DNA of 64,000 nucleotides, taken from NCBI GenBank assembly GCA_018400535.1, contig JAGYMQ010000145.1, positions 10,864-74,863 of the forward strand, given 5' to 3'. Made by a program: the position numbers and the translations under genes. The notes beneath the pieces are model-generated. The model was given only the letters and a program-made list of their open reading frames with translations, made no database searches and was not told where the DNA came from. This document shows positions 10,527 to 20,445 of this stretch, piece by piece; position 1 is the first letter of the stretch, and every line of letters starts with the position of its first letter. Origin of the DNA: Candidatus Cloacimonadota bacterium (lineage in GTDB: Bacteria > Cloacimonadota > Cloacimonadia > Cloacimonadales > TCS61).

Positions 10527-11762
10527 TCAGACTTCTTGCCAGCTATTTGCAACTTGTCTTCCTTTTGTTTCATTGACGAACTGGATCAAGATCGCACCGG
10601 TAACAAAAAAGAATAAAACTGCAAGGATCGCCCATTTTTGTTGCCCTGTGATGCGCGCAATTTCTCCATAAAGTAAAGGTCCCACAACGGAAGCTAATCT
10701 CCCAGTTACTGCATAGAAACCGAAGAACTCAGCAGATTTTTGCCTTGGCGTGAGCAGAGCTAACATAGTTCGGCTACTGGATTGACTTGAGCCGATAGCA
10801 ATTCCGGCAATTATTCCCACCAGATAAAATTGATTTTTGGAAGTGCTGAAAAAAGCCCCGAGAACCACCAAGCTCCAGATGAATAAAGAGAGAGTGATTG
10901 TTTTTTTTGCACCGATCCTGTCCAAAATGTAGCCAAAGATGAAAGCACCAACTATCGAGCTGATATTTGCGATAATGAAATAGGTGATCAATTCTTTTTG
11001 AGTCATAGCGAAACGAGTTGCACCATAGATCGCTGCAAAGCTGATCACGACAACGATTCCATCATTGTAGATCAAATAGCTGATCATAAATTTGAGCAGT
11101 TCACGGAAATTGCGAATATTGTGAAAACTTTCTCTAATCCGAAAAAATGCTGTTTTAAAATAATTTGTGCGTTGTGATGGCTTCTTGATCTCTCGCAGAA
11201 GTAAAAAAGTGGGGAGGGCAAAGATACCGAAAAATGCTGCTACCGTTGGAAAGACGAACCGCGTCCATTGATTGTGGACCAAGGGTAGAATAATGATAAG
11301 TGAAAGCAAGCCGCCAATATAACCAAGCGACCAACCCCAACCTGAAACCTTTCCCATATCATTTTGTGGAGCAACATCAGGAAGAAGCGCATTATAAAAG
11401 ACATTAGCGCTATTAAAACCAAAATTTGCGATGATGAAAAACAACATTCCGCGAAAGACATTTCCCGCTTTCACAAAATAGAGCAGACCAGTAAAGATCA
11501 CAGTGAGATAACAATTATAAAAGAGAAATTTTTTTTTTGCGCGGGAAAAATCAGCAACTGCACCGAAGATCGGGGCAGAGACTGCGACCATCAGCATGGA
11601 GATACTCATTGCTCTTCCCCAAAGCGCTGTTCCCAGTTCTCCTTTTCCCACGACAATTTCTTTGAAGTAAACGCTGTAAACTACTGTGACAATAATTGTC
11701 GTAAAAGATGAATTGGCAAAGTCATACATTATCCAGCCGAAAATATTTTTGTTCAATTTCAT
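10527..11762 (-). CDS. MFS transporter (UMF1/Atg22-like family)
   Basis: 411 aa with about 12 predicted TM helices. The N-terminal WIMYDFANSSFTTIIVTVVY motif is characteristic of the UMF1 family. Confidence 0.8.
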   Translation of the reverse strand: MKLNKNIFGWIMYDFANSSFTTIIVTVVYSVYFKEIVVGKGELGTALWGRAMSISMLMVAVSAPIFGAVADFSRAKKKFLFYNCYLTVIFTGLLYFVKAGNVFRGMLFFIIANFGFNSANVFYNALLPDVAPQNDMGKVSGWGWSLGYIGGLLSLIIILPLVHNQWTRFVFPTVAAFFGIFALPTFLLLREIKKPSQRTNYFKTAFFRIRESFHNIRNFRELLKFMISYLIYNDGIVVVISFAAIYGATRFAMTQKELITYFIIANISSIVGAFIFGYILDRIGAKKTITLSLFIWSLVVLGAFFSTSKNQFYLVGIIAGIAIGSSQSSSRTMLALLTPRQKSAEFFGFYAVTGRLASVVGPLLYGEIARITGQQKWAILAVLFFFVTGAILIQFVNETKGRQVANSWQEV

Positions 11763-11768
11763 GTTTTT

Positions 11769-12833
11769 TTAATTTAATGAAGCTACATCGATCTCTCTTA
11801 GATTGTAGTCTTCATACAATTTTTTATTGGGTGTGGCAATAAATATCTGATGGTCGGAAGAAAGCAGTTTTAAAATACGTTCAGCTCTTTTTTGATCAAG
11901 ATCTGCCAGCACATCATCAAACATGAGAATGGGTTGATCCTGTTCTTGTAAAAAAATCATTTGCGATTGGACGAGTCTCAGAGCTATTGCCAACGAGCGC
12001 ATCTGACCTTGTGAGGCAAATTTGCGGACGGGATGAGAGTTCAAATAGAATTTTATATCTGCCAGATGTGGTCCGATCAGAGTTCTTTGCTGTTCGATCT
12101 CGTTTTTCTCCTGAGTTGCGATCGCTTTATGTAGGCTTTCTTTAAGTGATCCTTCGTAAGGAAAAGAGAAAATATATTCCAGATCAATAGTTTCCTTTTC
12201 CAAGCTGATTAAAGTAAAGTAATCTGATAATAGGGGTTTGATCTTTTCCAAATAATTTAGTCGAGATTTAATTATTTTTTCACTCAAAATGATGAATTGC
12301 ACATCCCAAGACCTTTTTTCTGACCTGCTGAATTTTTTTTTAAGCAGGGCATTTCTTTGCTTCACCAGATGAAAATAACGACGTAGAACATCTAAATATT
12401 GAAAAGAATATTGGGAGAGTGCGATGTCCAAAAAATTTCGTCGATAAGCTGGAGAAGCAGCAACGATATTGATATCTTCAGGCGAGAAATAGATGATTTT
12501 GACATATTGGAAAAGCTCACTGATTCGAGCGATCTTTTTATGATTTAATTTGATGAGTTTTTTATTTTTCTCCACATTCGTATCAAGGAAATACTCAATA
12601 TTGTTTTGACGGAAATTTCCTTCCAGATGAAAAAAAGCTTTCGAGAAATTGATCAGGTCAACATCTTGATTTCCTCTGATCGATTTCCCAAAAGCAAAGA
12701 ATGCAATAGCTTCCAACAAATTTGTCTTGCCTGTTCCGTTATCACCAAAAAGCAAAGAGCCAGTGTCTGGAAACTCGAGTTCTAATTTTTCAAAATTACG
12801 AAAATTTATTAATTTGAGATTAAGAATATCCAA
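11769..12833 (-). CDS. recF: DNA replication and repair protein RecF
   Basis: LKLINFRNFEKLELEF...LFGDNGTGKTNLLEAI (Walker A). SMC-type signature SQGQMRSLAIALRL and Walker B ILMFDDVLADLD. It lies directly downstream of dnaN. Confidence 0.93.
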   Translation of the reverse strand: MDILNLKLINFRNFEKLELEFPDTGSLLFGDNGTGKTNLLEAIAFFAFGKSIRGNQDVDLINFSKAFFHLEGNFRQNNIEYFLDTNVEKNKKLIKLNHKKIARISELFQYVKIIYFSPEDINIVAASPAYRRNFLDIALSQYSFQYLDVLRRYFHLVKQRNALLKKKFSRSEKRSWDVQFIILSEKIIKSRLNYLEKIKPLLSDYFTLISLEKETIDLEYIFSFPYEGSLKESLHKAIATQEKNEIEQQRTLIGPHLADIKFYLNSHPVRKFASQGQMRSLAIALRLVQSQMIFLQEQDQPILMFDDVLADLDQKRAERILKLLSSDHQIFIATPNKKLYEDYNLREIDVASLN

Positions 12834-13952
12834 TTAAACTAACCGCAGTGGCATCAATAAAAATCTGGCGGTATAATCTTCGTGACCATTAACATTGAAG
12901 AATAATGCTGGCTCCGTTCTTTTTCCCATTCTGATCTCGATAAGTTCAGTTTCAATCACATTTAGAATCGCAAGCAAATAGCGGAAATTGAAAGCGATCT
13001 CGATGGGCTCTCCATTATAATCAAAATCTTCAATCTCTTCTTTTGCTTCACCTTCATCTCTTTTCATTGCATAGACAATAAATTTCTCTTTGTCCAAATT
13101 CAATTTTATCTTGAATGTTTCTTCGGAAGCAAGAAGCGATGTGCGTTTGATAACTTCTTTGAAGATACTTGTTTTGATTTTGAGGATATTCGTGTTTTCA
13201 TTGGGAATCGCTTTATGATAGTTTGGAAAATCACCTTCGATGATATGTGTGAAAATCGTGTAATTTCCATAAGCGAACATCACCCGACTTGCTTCAATAA
13301 GAACTCCGATCTTGGGAATATCATCCGAGATCACTTTATCAATGAAAAGTAATCCTTTTGTCGGAATGATCTGCTCTATTGATTCTGGAATGTCCACTTG
13401 TTTTTGCAGTTTGAATTCTGCTATCTTCTTGCCATCAGTTGCGACCATGAGCTGACAATCAGATTCCATTTTCCAATAGATGCCAGTGAAGATAGGACGA
13501 TTTGATTCAGTTGAGACGGCAAAATGAGTGTTATCGACCATTTTTTTAAACATTTTTGCATCCAATTCAATAGCATTTGAAACATCAACTTCTGGTATGA
13601 GCGGGAATTGTGATGTTTCTGCACAGAGCAGATTGAATTTGGAATGCTGGCAGATGATCTCCAGAGTATTTTCTTCCAGGATAAAATTCACCAGAGAATT
13701 GGGAAGCGAAAGAATGATCTCGTTCAGATTACGAGCAGAGACTGCAATTTTACCACCTTCTATGATATTCGCTGCAAATTCTGCGATGACAGAAATTTGA
13801 AGGTCGGTGGTAGAAAACTTGAGAATATTTGTCTTTTCATTAGCTTCGATCAGATAATTGGTCAATATCGGCATCGTATTTTTGCTCGGAACAATATTAT
13901 GTAGATGCTGAATATTTTGCAAAAGATCGCTTTTTTCAATCGAAAATTTCAT
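12834..13952 (-). CDS. dnaN: DNA polymerase III beta sliding clamp
   Basis: 372 aa, starting MKFSIEKSDLL. Three-domain clamp length, C-terminal ...RFLLMPLRL, and position upstream of recF. Confidence 0.92.
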   Translation of the reverse strand: MKFSIEKSDLLQNIQHLHNIVPSKNTMPILTNYLIEANEKTNILKFSTTDLQISVIAEFAANIIEGGKIAVSARNLNEIILSLPNSLVNFILEENTLEIICQHSKFNLLCAETSQFPLIPEVDVSNAIELDAKMFKKMVDNTHFAVSTESNRPIFTGIYWKMESDCQLMVATDGKKIAEFKLQKQVDIPESIEQIIPTKGLLFIDKVISDDIPKIGVLIEASRVMFAYGNYTIFTHIIEGDFPNYHKAIPNENTNILKIKTSIFKEVIKRTSLLASEETFKIKLNLDKEKFIVYAMKRDEGEAKEEIEDFDYNGEPIEIAFNFRYLLAILNVIETELIEIRMGKRTEPALFFNVNGHEDYTARFLLMPLRLV

Positions 13953-13982
13953 TTTATTCCTCTATATAAGTTTTCATAAAAT

Positions 13983-14013
13983 AAAAGCAAGAGTTTTGCA
14001 ACTCTTGCTTTTT
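13983..14013 (-). terminator. Rho-independent terminator downstream of hup (bidirectional-looking hairpin)
   Basis: Perfect 9-bp stem, gcaagagtt (13987-13995) pairing with aactcttgc (14000-14008), with a 4-nt loop. It is flanked by an A-run (13983-13986) and a T-run (14009-13), so a U-tract follows the stem on either strand. Confidence 0.75.
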
Positions 14014-14028
14014 AAAGGTTCAACACTA

Positions 14029-14301
14029 TTACTTAACGGCTTCTTTCAGTTTTTTACCTGCTTTGAAAACGGGAACATTTCTTGCTGGGATATTAATTTT
14101 TGCTTTTGTTTGTGGATTCACACCTGTTCTTGCTTTGCGATGCGTTACTTTAAAAGTTCCGAAACCAACGAGAGAAACTTTGTCACCATTTTCCAAAGAT
14201 AAAGTAATACCATCGATAACAGCTTTTAATGCGAGATTAGCTGCTTTTTTTGTTACGTCCGCTTCTTCAGCAATTTTGTCAATCAAATCTTGTCTGTTCA
14301 T
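14029..14301 (-). CDS. hup: HU-family nucleoid DNA-binding protein
   Basis: 90 aa: MNRQDLIDKIAE...VSLVGFGTFKVTHRKARTGVNPQT...IPARNVPVFKAGKKLK. AAGGAGGAC Shine-Dalgarno sequence upstream. Confidence 0.95.
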   Translation of the reverse strand: MNRQDLIDKIAEEADVTKKAANLALKAVIDGITLSLENGDKVSLVGFGTFKVTHRKARTGVNPQTKAKINIPARNVPVFKAGKKLKEAVK

Positions 14302-14491
14302 TTAAGTCCTCCTTATAAATTCTTTAGAACAACACGATATAGAAAGTTTTAACCTTCGAAATTATGTCAATAAAAAAATCTCTAAACGTGCATTTTCACT
14401 AATTATTTTGTAAAATTTCCAAGAAATTGAGAAGAAAATCTGGTTGGAATTGATAATTTAAAATGCTTTTCAATCGCAATGCAATTTTATC

Positions 14492-16420
14492 TTAATCTAT
14501 TGCTGATGCAGGTTCTGGCGCAATTTGCTTTTTGATCCCGATCAATTCATAGATGTTGATGCTCTGATTTTTTCCCTTAATTCTGGTCTCTGCAATAAAA
14601 TTGCAAATAATTTTATCTTTAGCAAATTTTTTTGTTGCTTCACTGATAATAATATTATTCTGAGTGGCAAATTCTCTGGTCAAGGTTTCCAATCTAGATC
14701 CTGCATTCATATTATCCCCGATCGCAGTATAATCGAAAATTTGGTCTGAACCAAGATTACCGACCGTCACATCTCCACTATTGATACCAATTCCCATGTC
14801 AAAGGGGTCTTTGTTTTCCTGCTGCCATTTATCCTGCAATTCTGCGATCTTTTCTCGCATCTCAAGAGCTGCTTTGCAGGAATAATAAGCGTGATCTTCC
14901 ATCTCCAAAGGAGCTCCAAAAAGTGCAACGATCTTATCACCAACGAATTTATCAACCGTTCCCTTGTTTTTTGTGATGACCGTCACCATTTCCGTGAGAT
15001 ATTCGCGGAGGATATCAACGGTCTGTTTGGGTGTGTGACTCTCAGTGTAGGGCGTGAAGGAGACGATATCTGCGAAGAGAATGGAAATCTCTTTTTGTTC
15101 ACCGCCATATTCTAATTTGGAAGGATCAGAAAGTAGCTCATTGACCAATTCTGGTGCGATGAAATGACGGAAAGCGTTTTTGATGAATTTTCTTTCTTGA
15201 GTTGTTTTTATATATTGGAAGATCAGTCCGACGAAATAGATCAGAATAATCAATACTGGAATTTCCAGAAGTGGCAAGATAAGCGAATTTTCCTTGAATG
15301 AATAGAAGCATAGAATGAGATAACTCAAAATCAAGAAAATATTCAGGAAGAAACAATATGTAGGTTTGATATTCACTGCAAGCGCAAAGAGAAGGAAAGA
15401 TAATCCTAAAAAGATCATTATGAAATAAAAATAATTGAATTCGTAAAGATAATCCTGTCTTTTTGCCATTTCCAGAAAAGTGGCATGGATCTCGACGCCG
15501 GAAGTCAATTTATTGGATAGGGTGAAAAACGGAGTGTGATGAGCATCATGAAATTCCAGAGCTGTTATGCCGATAAAAACGGTCTTATTTTTTAGTTTTT
15601 CTTTGAATTTATAATACTGATCAATATCTGCTTCGAGCTCTTTTTCAAAAGCTGTAACAAAAGTAGAATCGTCAATGATATCAGAATAATCTATCATTTG
15701 AAAAGTGCCAGCGGGCCCATAATAATTTATCAAAGTTTCATTCCAATCAACTTTTGGGATGCAGTTATCACAGATCATAAATTTGCGAGGATGATCTTCC
15801 ACCTTTTTGATCTGGAGTGGTTTACCGAATTCATTTTTATGAAGCTGTTCATAATGTTTTTCCAGAGCCATCGCTCCCAAGGAAAGGTGGATCTCGCTTT
15901 TCTTTTTTTGAAAGAGCTCATATCTGCGCACGAAACCATCGCTATCTGTAGATATATTTACCAATCCCCACTTTATTTTATCATTACGTAAACTTTTTAT
16001 GGGTGGAAGAAATTGTTTGATGACAGCATTATTATGTTTATCTTCCACCATTTTTCCAGCAAGAATGACATTATCATATTTTTTGAGAGTATTACGCAGA
16101 ACAAGATCTTCTTTTGGTTCAGAATACTCTGTGAATTCGATATCAAAGATAATTTGTTTCACTCCAGCTTTTTGTAGGTTTTCGATCAATTTGGCGTGAT
16201 AACTTCGGGGCAGAGGCCACCTTTTTGCTAGCGTGTTGAAGGTCTCATCTCCGATCTCGATAATGATGATGTCGTCAGAAATTTCTCGATCACCACGCAA
16301 AAGGAAGAGAACATCACGTGCTTTTTGTTCCAGATTTTCCCAGAATCCTGTCAGAAATACTATTCGTAAAAAGAGAAATATGAGCAATGGAACGATGAGA
16401 AATTTAATGATCTTTTTCAT
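14492..16420 (-). CDS. CHASE2 sensor domain-containing class III adenylate/guanylate cyclase
   Basis: N-terminal TM helix, a periplasmic region of about 300 aa, then a cluster of TM helices. The C-terminal cyclase domain has the motifs ISILFADIVSFTPYTE, FVGDKIVALFGAP, IGINSGDVTVGNLGS and DYTAIGDNMNAGSRLE. Confidence 0.85.
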   Translation of the reverse strand: MKKIIKFLIVPLLIFLFLRIVFLTGFWENLEQKARDVLFLLRGDREISDDIIIIEIGDETFNTLAKRWPLPRSYHAKLIENLQKAGVKQIIFDIEFTEYSEPKEDLVLRNTLKKYDNVILAGKMVEDKHNNAVIKQFLPPIKSLRNDKIKWGLVNISTDSDGFVRRYELFQKKKSEIHLSLGAMALEKHYEQLHKNEFGKPLQIKKVEDHPRKFMICDNCIPKVDWNETLINYYGPAGTFQMIDYSDIIDDSTFVTAFEKELEADIDQYYKFKEKLKNKTVFIGITALEFHDAHHTPFFTLSNKLTSGVEIHATFLEMAKRQDYLYEFNYFYFIMIFLGLSFLLFALAVNIKPTYCFFLNIFLILSYLILCFYSFKENSLILPLLEIPVLIILIYFVGLIFQYIKTTQERKFIKNAFRHFIAPELVNELLSDPSKLEYGGEQKEISILFADIVSFTPYTESHTPKQTVDILREYLTEMVTVITKNKGTVDKFVGDKIVALFGAPLEMEDHAYYSCKAALEMREKIAELQDKWQQENKDPFDMGIGINSGDVTVGNLGSDQIFDYTAIGDNMNAGSRLETLTREFATQNNIIISEATKKFAKDKIICNFIAETRIKGKNQSINIYELIGIKKQIAPEPASAID

Positions 16421-16422
16421 TA

Positions 16423-18708
16423 TCAGAATTTTTGAGTAAAACGAAACTTCCAGGAAAGATCGTGATAATCTTCTGAATCGTCAGCTAAATTTCGATAACT
16501 TTGGTAGCCAATATTTGTGGATAAACTTAATTGGGAAGAAAATTTATATTGTGCACCCAAATTAAAATATTGAGTATTTTGACTATCAATATCTCCGTGA
16601 AAAGAAGTGAAACGATAATCTATAAAAGGAAGCAAGGATTCATCCAAAAATTCAAATTCATCTTTCAGATAAAAAGAAGTATAATTTTTTTTGATCAGAC
16701 TGCTATTTCCAATATTTTCATCATTCACAGAAAAAGATATGGAGAGAGTAGTTTTCATCGGAAGTTCTTTGAATTCACTGAGAGCAGAGAGAACGATGTT
16801 GTTTCTTTTTGAAGTGAGAGCATCATTTGGATTTGCGTTATAGAAATTATTGTAGCTGACATTAAATTTCGTGGGAGCGAGAGTAATATTTTCCCACAAA
16901 TAACTTCCACCGAGCTGAAAATTGTCGTTTGTAATATCGAGAGAATCAGCCTCATTATCAGTTGTATTTTTACAGAAACCAATCCTGAAAAATACATTTT
17001 CCTGAAAACGATATAACGCGTGGATCATATATTGGAGAGTAGATGTCTTTTGCGTTTTGGTGTCATTAACGTTATCAGAGGAAATATTCAAAGCAGCGTT
17101 TGCTGAAAGTCGATTTTCCAGCAATTGCACATTATCCGAAATAGAGAACATTTGATGATCGCGTTGAATTGAACTTGTGGAAAGAGAATTGAAACTTGAT
17201 CCGATGGAATAGTGTGAGATATTCAGATAATTATTATAGAAGAAAGAGCGCAGATAGAATTTATATGCCAGATTTGATGAACCGGGATAAAAAGGTTCGA
17301 TATATTTATTGATGACGAAAATATCGGAATATTTTGTTATGTCGATCGGTAGGTCAATATTTGTACCATATTCGGCGTTGATGCTATCCAGACTCATCCT
17401 GCCCTCATAAATATTTTTGTTAAGATAGCTCATTGCCGCTTCAGCTCCCATGATCACACGTTGACGGAAGAGTGAGAGAGCCATGTCCAATCCAAAGACG
17501 ATATTATCTTGGGGCTGCACGGCTACTGAATCACCCACGATCCATGAAGAATCCTCTATTGAACTCATTTCATCTTTATTTTTCACAAAAGAAAGGCCAT
17601 AACTGAATTTATTTTTGTTTCCAGCTTCGAAACGAAGAGCCCAAGTATTTCTTTCAAAAATACTTTGGCCAAGATCTTTTTTTTCGATTGAACGCTTCAA
17701 TGTTCCTTGCGAATAAAAAATCCGCATTTTTCCTGTATCAAAAGTTGAATGCCAGCCGCGAATATTTTTTCCATTCAAAAGAAATGAACCAAAATTCGGC
17801 GAATGATCTCCCAATCTCATCGTCAGATAGGGAACTTGCAGCCGCAGAAAATAGCGATTAACCGCTTGTTCTGAATGAGATTCCAAAGAAGAAAGATAGA
17901 TATTGCTATCGAAGGAAAACCATTTTTTGCTTCCTCTGAGAGTGAGCAGAAAATTTGCTTTTTTTTGATCATCTTTCGTGCGAATACTGGAATTGAAAAC
18001 TCCTTTTCCCATAAGCTTGAAAGGTAATTCGACCAGATCGATCTTCACTTCATTTTCCCAGATCGGAGAACGGATCTTTGAACCGTCATTCAGCGTTGCT
18101 TCGAGATAAAATCGGTGTTTTCCAGGCAGAGCGTTTTTCACGAGATGAACGATCATATTCGAATATTTCATTGTGTTTGCAGTGACGTCTTTTCCATCAA
18201 AGAAAAGCTTGAAATTAGTTATTTCTTGAGAAAGTGCATAAGTGGAGATCGCGATCACAAAATCTTTGGAAAAGCCGCTGAAATCTTTATCAGGAGAAAG
18301 AAGTATCAGTCTGGATGAAATTTTTTGAGAAGCGATCAGCGGAACAGAGTAGGGATTCATTGTTGGATTGGAAGCTGGCAGATATTTTTCTGAGCCGTCT
18401 TTCAATCGGATGCTAAAATAATATTCCAAAGTTTGATCTCGGCTATCCATCTTTCCCAGATTTGCAGTAAAAATAGGATCATTTTCAGAAGAATGGCTCA
18501 TTTCTATCTGAGAATAAACACGTTTTCCAAGTTCATGGAAATATAGGATAATCGTTTCAATTTTATCGAGATCTTTTTTCACTTCCAGATTCAGTTCGAT
18601 TTCTTCATCAGCTTCAATAGAAAGTGGTGGCAAATGCTCGATTTGAACTTCAGCATAAAGAAATGCACTTGCAGCGAGCAAGAATATCAAAAAAATATTT
18701 TTTTTCAT
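16423..18708 (-). CDS. putative outer-membrane protein (N-terminal globular region + beta-barrel)
   Basis: 761 aa with a signal peptide. The C-terminal half is rich in short amphipathic strands with Y/F/N/S and ends in ...WKFRFTQKF (terminal Phe). Confidence 0.5.
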   Translation of the reverse strand: MKKNIFLIFLLAASAFLYAEVQIEHLPPLSIEADEEIELNLEVKKDLDKIETIILYFHELGKRVYSQIEMSHSSENDPIFTANLGKMDSRDQTLEYYFSIRLKDGSEKYLPASNPTMNPYSVPLIASQKISSRLILLSPDKDFSGFSKDFVIAISTYALSQEITNFKLFFDGKDVTANTMKYSNMIVHLVKNALPGKHRFYLEATLNDGSKIRSPIWENEVKIDLVELPFKLMGKGVFNSSIRTKDDQKKANFLLTLRGSKKWFSFDSNIYLSSLESHSEQAVNRYFLRLQVPYLTMRLGDHSPNFGSFLLNGKNIRGWHSTFDTGKMRIFYSQGTLKRSIEKKDLGQSIFERNTWALRFEAGNKNKFSYGLSFVKNKDEMSSIEDSSWIVGDSVAVQPQDNIVFGLDMALSLFRQRVIMGAEAAMSYLNKNIYEGRMSLDSINAEYGTNIDLPIDITKYSDIFVINKYIEPFYPGSSNLAYKFYLRSFFYNNYLNISHYSIGSSFNSLSTSSIQRDHQMFSISDNVQLLENRLSANAALNISSDNVNDTKTQKTSTLQYMIHALYRFQENVFFRIGFCKNTTDNEADSLDITNDNFQLGGSYLWENITLAPTKFNVSYNNFYNANPNDALTSKRNNIVLSALSEFKELPMKTTLSISFSVNDENIGNSSLIKKNYTSFYLKDEFEFLDESLLPFIDYRFTSFHGDIDSQNTQYFNLGAQYKFSSQLSLSTNIGYQSYRNLADDSEDYHDLSWKFRFTQKF

Positions 18709-18717
18709 TTTTCTATG

Positions 18718-19389
18718 TTATTCAAATTTGATCTTAACTTTTTTGTTATCTCCTTGATCATTCTCAATTTCAAATTCCAATGCTTTTTCCATGCTGCTTT
18801 GCATCATTTCTTGTTGCTCTTCATTCAGATCCCCTTTTTGGATTGGAGTCACTATGATCGCATCGGAACCTGTGGAATGTGCTTTCTGTCCAGCTGTGAT
18901 ATACACTTCTTGTCCATCAGAAATATTTTTGACAGAAACTTCTCCCGAGAAAGTAAAGATATCTGTTTCACCATTTTCAGCTACCGATAAGATAAATTCT
19001 GTGCCGATCACAGAAATTATCGAGGTGGGAGTGGTTATTTGCATTTCGCCAGTTCCTGCTTCCACTTTTGTCCAAATATCACCGATCTTGAGATGATGTT
19101 TATTGTTCAATTTTTCCTTATCTTCCTGCACGTTGATCTTCAAAACACTATTTGGAAAGAGTTTCAACAAGGAATTTCCATCCACGAATTTTATTGCGGC
19201 AAAGGATTCTTGCTTGCTCTCCAAAGTGTCTTCATTATAAAGCTCATCGCCAGATTTTGTCATTTGCAATTTTTCTTCGCGCGTCAATTCTACTTCTCCT
19301 TTCACCTTCAAAGCGATCGCAACGGGATCTAAAGTAAAAAGCAAAGTTACTGTGAAAATGATCATCCCAACAAATATAATTTTTTTCAT
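18718..19389 (-). CDS. FecR-domain protein (secreted/periplasmic)
   Basis: 223 aa with a signal peptide. The core (VKGEVELTRE...GDELYNEDTLESKQESFAAIKFVDGNSLLKLFPNSVLKI...TPTSIISVIGTEFIL) matches the FecR/PF04773-type beta-sandwich pattern by eye. Confidence 0.6.
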   Translation of the reverse strand: MKKIIFVGMIIFTVTLLFTLDPVAIALKVKGEVELTREEKLQMTKSGDELYNEDTLESKQESFAAIKFVDGNSLLKLFPNSVLKINVQEDKEKLNNKHHLKIGDIWTKVEAGTGEMQITTPTSIISVIGTEFILSVAENGETDIFTFSGEVSVKNISDGQEVYITAGQKAHSTGSDAIIVTPIQKGDLNEEQQEMMQSSMEKALEFEIENDQGDNKKVKIKFE

Positions 19390-19398
19390 AATATTCTC

Positions 19399-20445
19399 CT
19401 ATTCGATATCAAGGTTCTGATAATTGATTTCATTATTCAAAAATTGATCAAGGATCTGATTGAGTTCTTCTGGAGAAATTTGTTCGCCTTTCCAACTCAA
19501 ATTAGAAATTTTGTAACCACCTCGTAAATATCCAATAACCTGTTGCAATTCCTGATAACCAAGCTGACTGAGAAAATTGATCATTTTCTGTTCTGCCATA
19601 TCCAATCCTTCTGTTTCTTCAAATCTGAAAATATGCATAATGCTTTGTTCGGTCGTCGTGCCAGAAGGAGCTGTCGCTTCAGCAGAAATATACCAGGCAT
19701 AATAATTTCCCAGATTGAAACTGGGAGCAGAAGGCGGATAAGCAAAACTGGTTTCAGCAATATCTTCTTTAACGAAAAAAGGTTCATATTGCGTTGTGAT
19801 CTCTTCGAAACTGGTAATGATCTCTGTTAATTCATAGATTCTCAAAGTGTAGTCAGTTAAATTTGAAAACCAGACAAAATTTGGATATTGTGAGTAAATA
19901 GAAAGCATCGGAGAACCCAGAGGATTTCCGGGTGTAACCAGCGAGATCGTGATCGGCGAGATGATCATTAATGTGAATTCTTTCGTCTCGATAATATTGC
20001 CATCCGGGTCTTTTGCTTCGATCATGAAAACATAATTACCATCAGGGATCTTACCTGTTTCCATTGTGTCATCTTCGAGTGAATTTTTAAATCCAGAGAC
20101 ATCAGCATCGATATCGAAATATTCAGATTGTCCTGAATTGCTAACGACCACATCCTGATTATTTACAGTGATATTAAACGGTGGTTCATTTTTGGGTTCT
20201 AATTTAATTTCAGCATCAGGATAATCATCATAGGAAAGCGTGCAGATAAGCTTAAAATCTACATCGCTGTTAATTGTCAGATTAAAGAGAATCGGTTGCA
20301 ATTCAGGATGATCGGGATCAAAATTTGCTGGTGCCAGAGAATTGTAGGTAGCGCTTTCAGGGCTCATATCCATCGAGAAATCTGCAAAAATATTTCCATA
20401 AAAAACGAGCATCATAAAAGAAAAAATAATTAACTTTTTCATCAT
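19399..20445 (-). CDS. secreted hypothetical protein
   Basis: 348 aa with a signal peptide (MMKKLIIFSFMMLVFYGNIFA). No recognisable catalytic motifs. The start overlaps the ddl stop by 4 nt. Confidence 0.6.
   Translation of the reverse strand: MMKKLIIFSFMMLVFYGNIFADFSMDMSPESATYNSLAPANFDPDHPELQPILFNLTINSDVDFKLICTLSYDDYPDAEIKLEPKNEPPFNITVNNQDVVVSNSGQSEYFDIDADVSGFKNSLEDDTMETGKIPDGNYVFMIEAKDPDGNIIETKEFTLMIISPITISLVTPGNPLGSPMLSIYSQYPNFVWFSNLTDYTLRIYELTEIITSFEEITTQYEPFFVKEDIAETSFAYPPSAPSFNLGNYYAWYISAEATAPSGTTTEQSIMHIFRFEETEGLDMAEQKMINFLSQLGYQELQQVIGYLRGGYKISNLSWKGEQISPEELNQILDQFLNNEINYQNLDIE

Noticed and set aside
13953-14028. oriC/DnaA-box cluster next to dnaN
   Set aside because: The spacer is only 76 nt and is mostly a terminator hairpin. 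I saw no TTATCCACA-like repeats there. A single near-match (ATATCCACA, around 49517-49525) lies inside murE/F coding sequence and is most likely chance.
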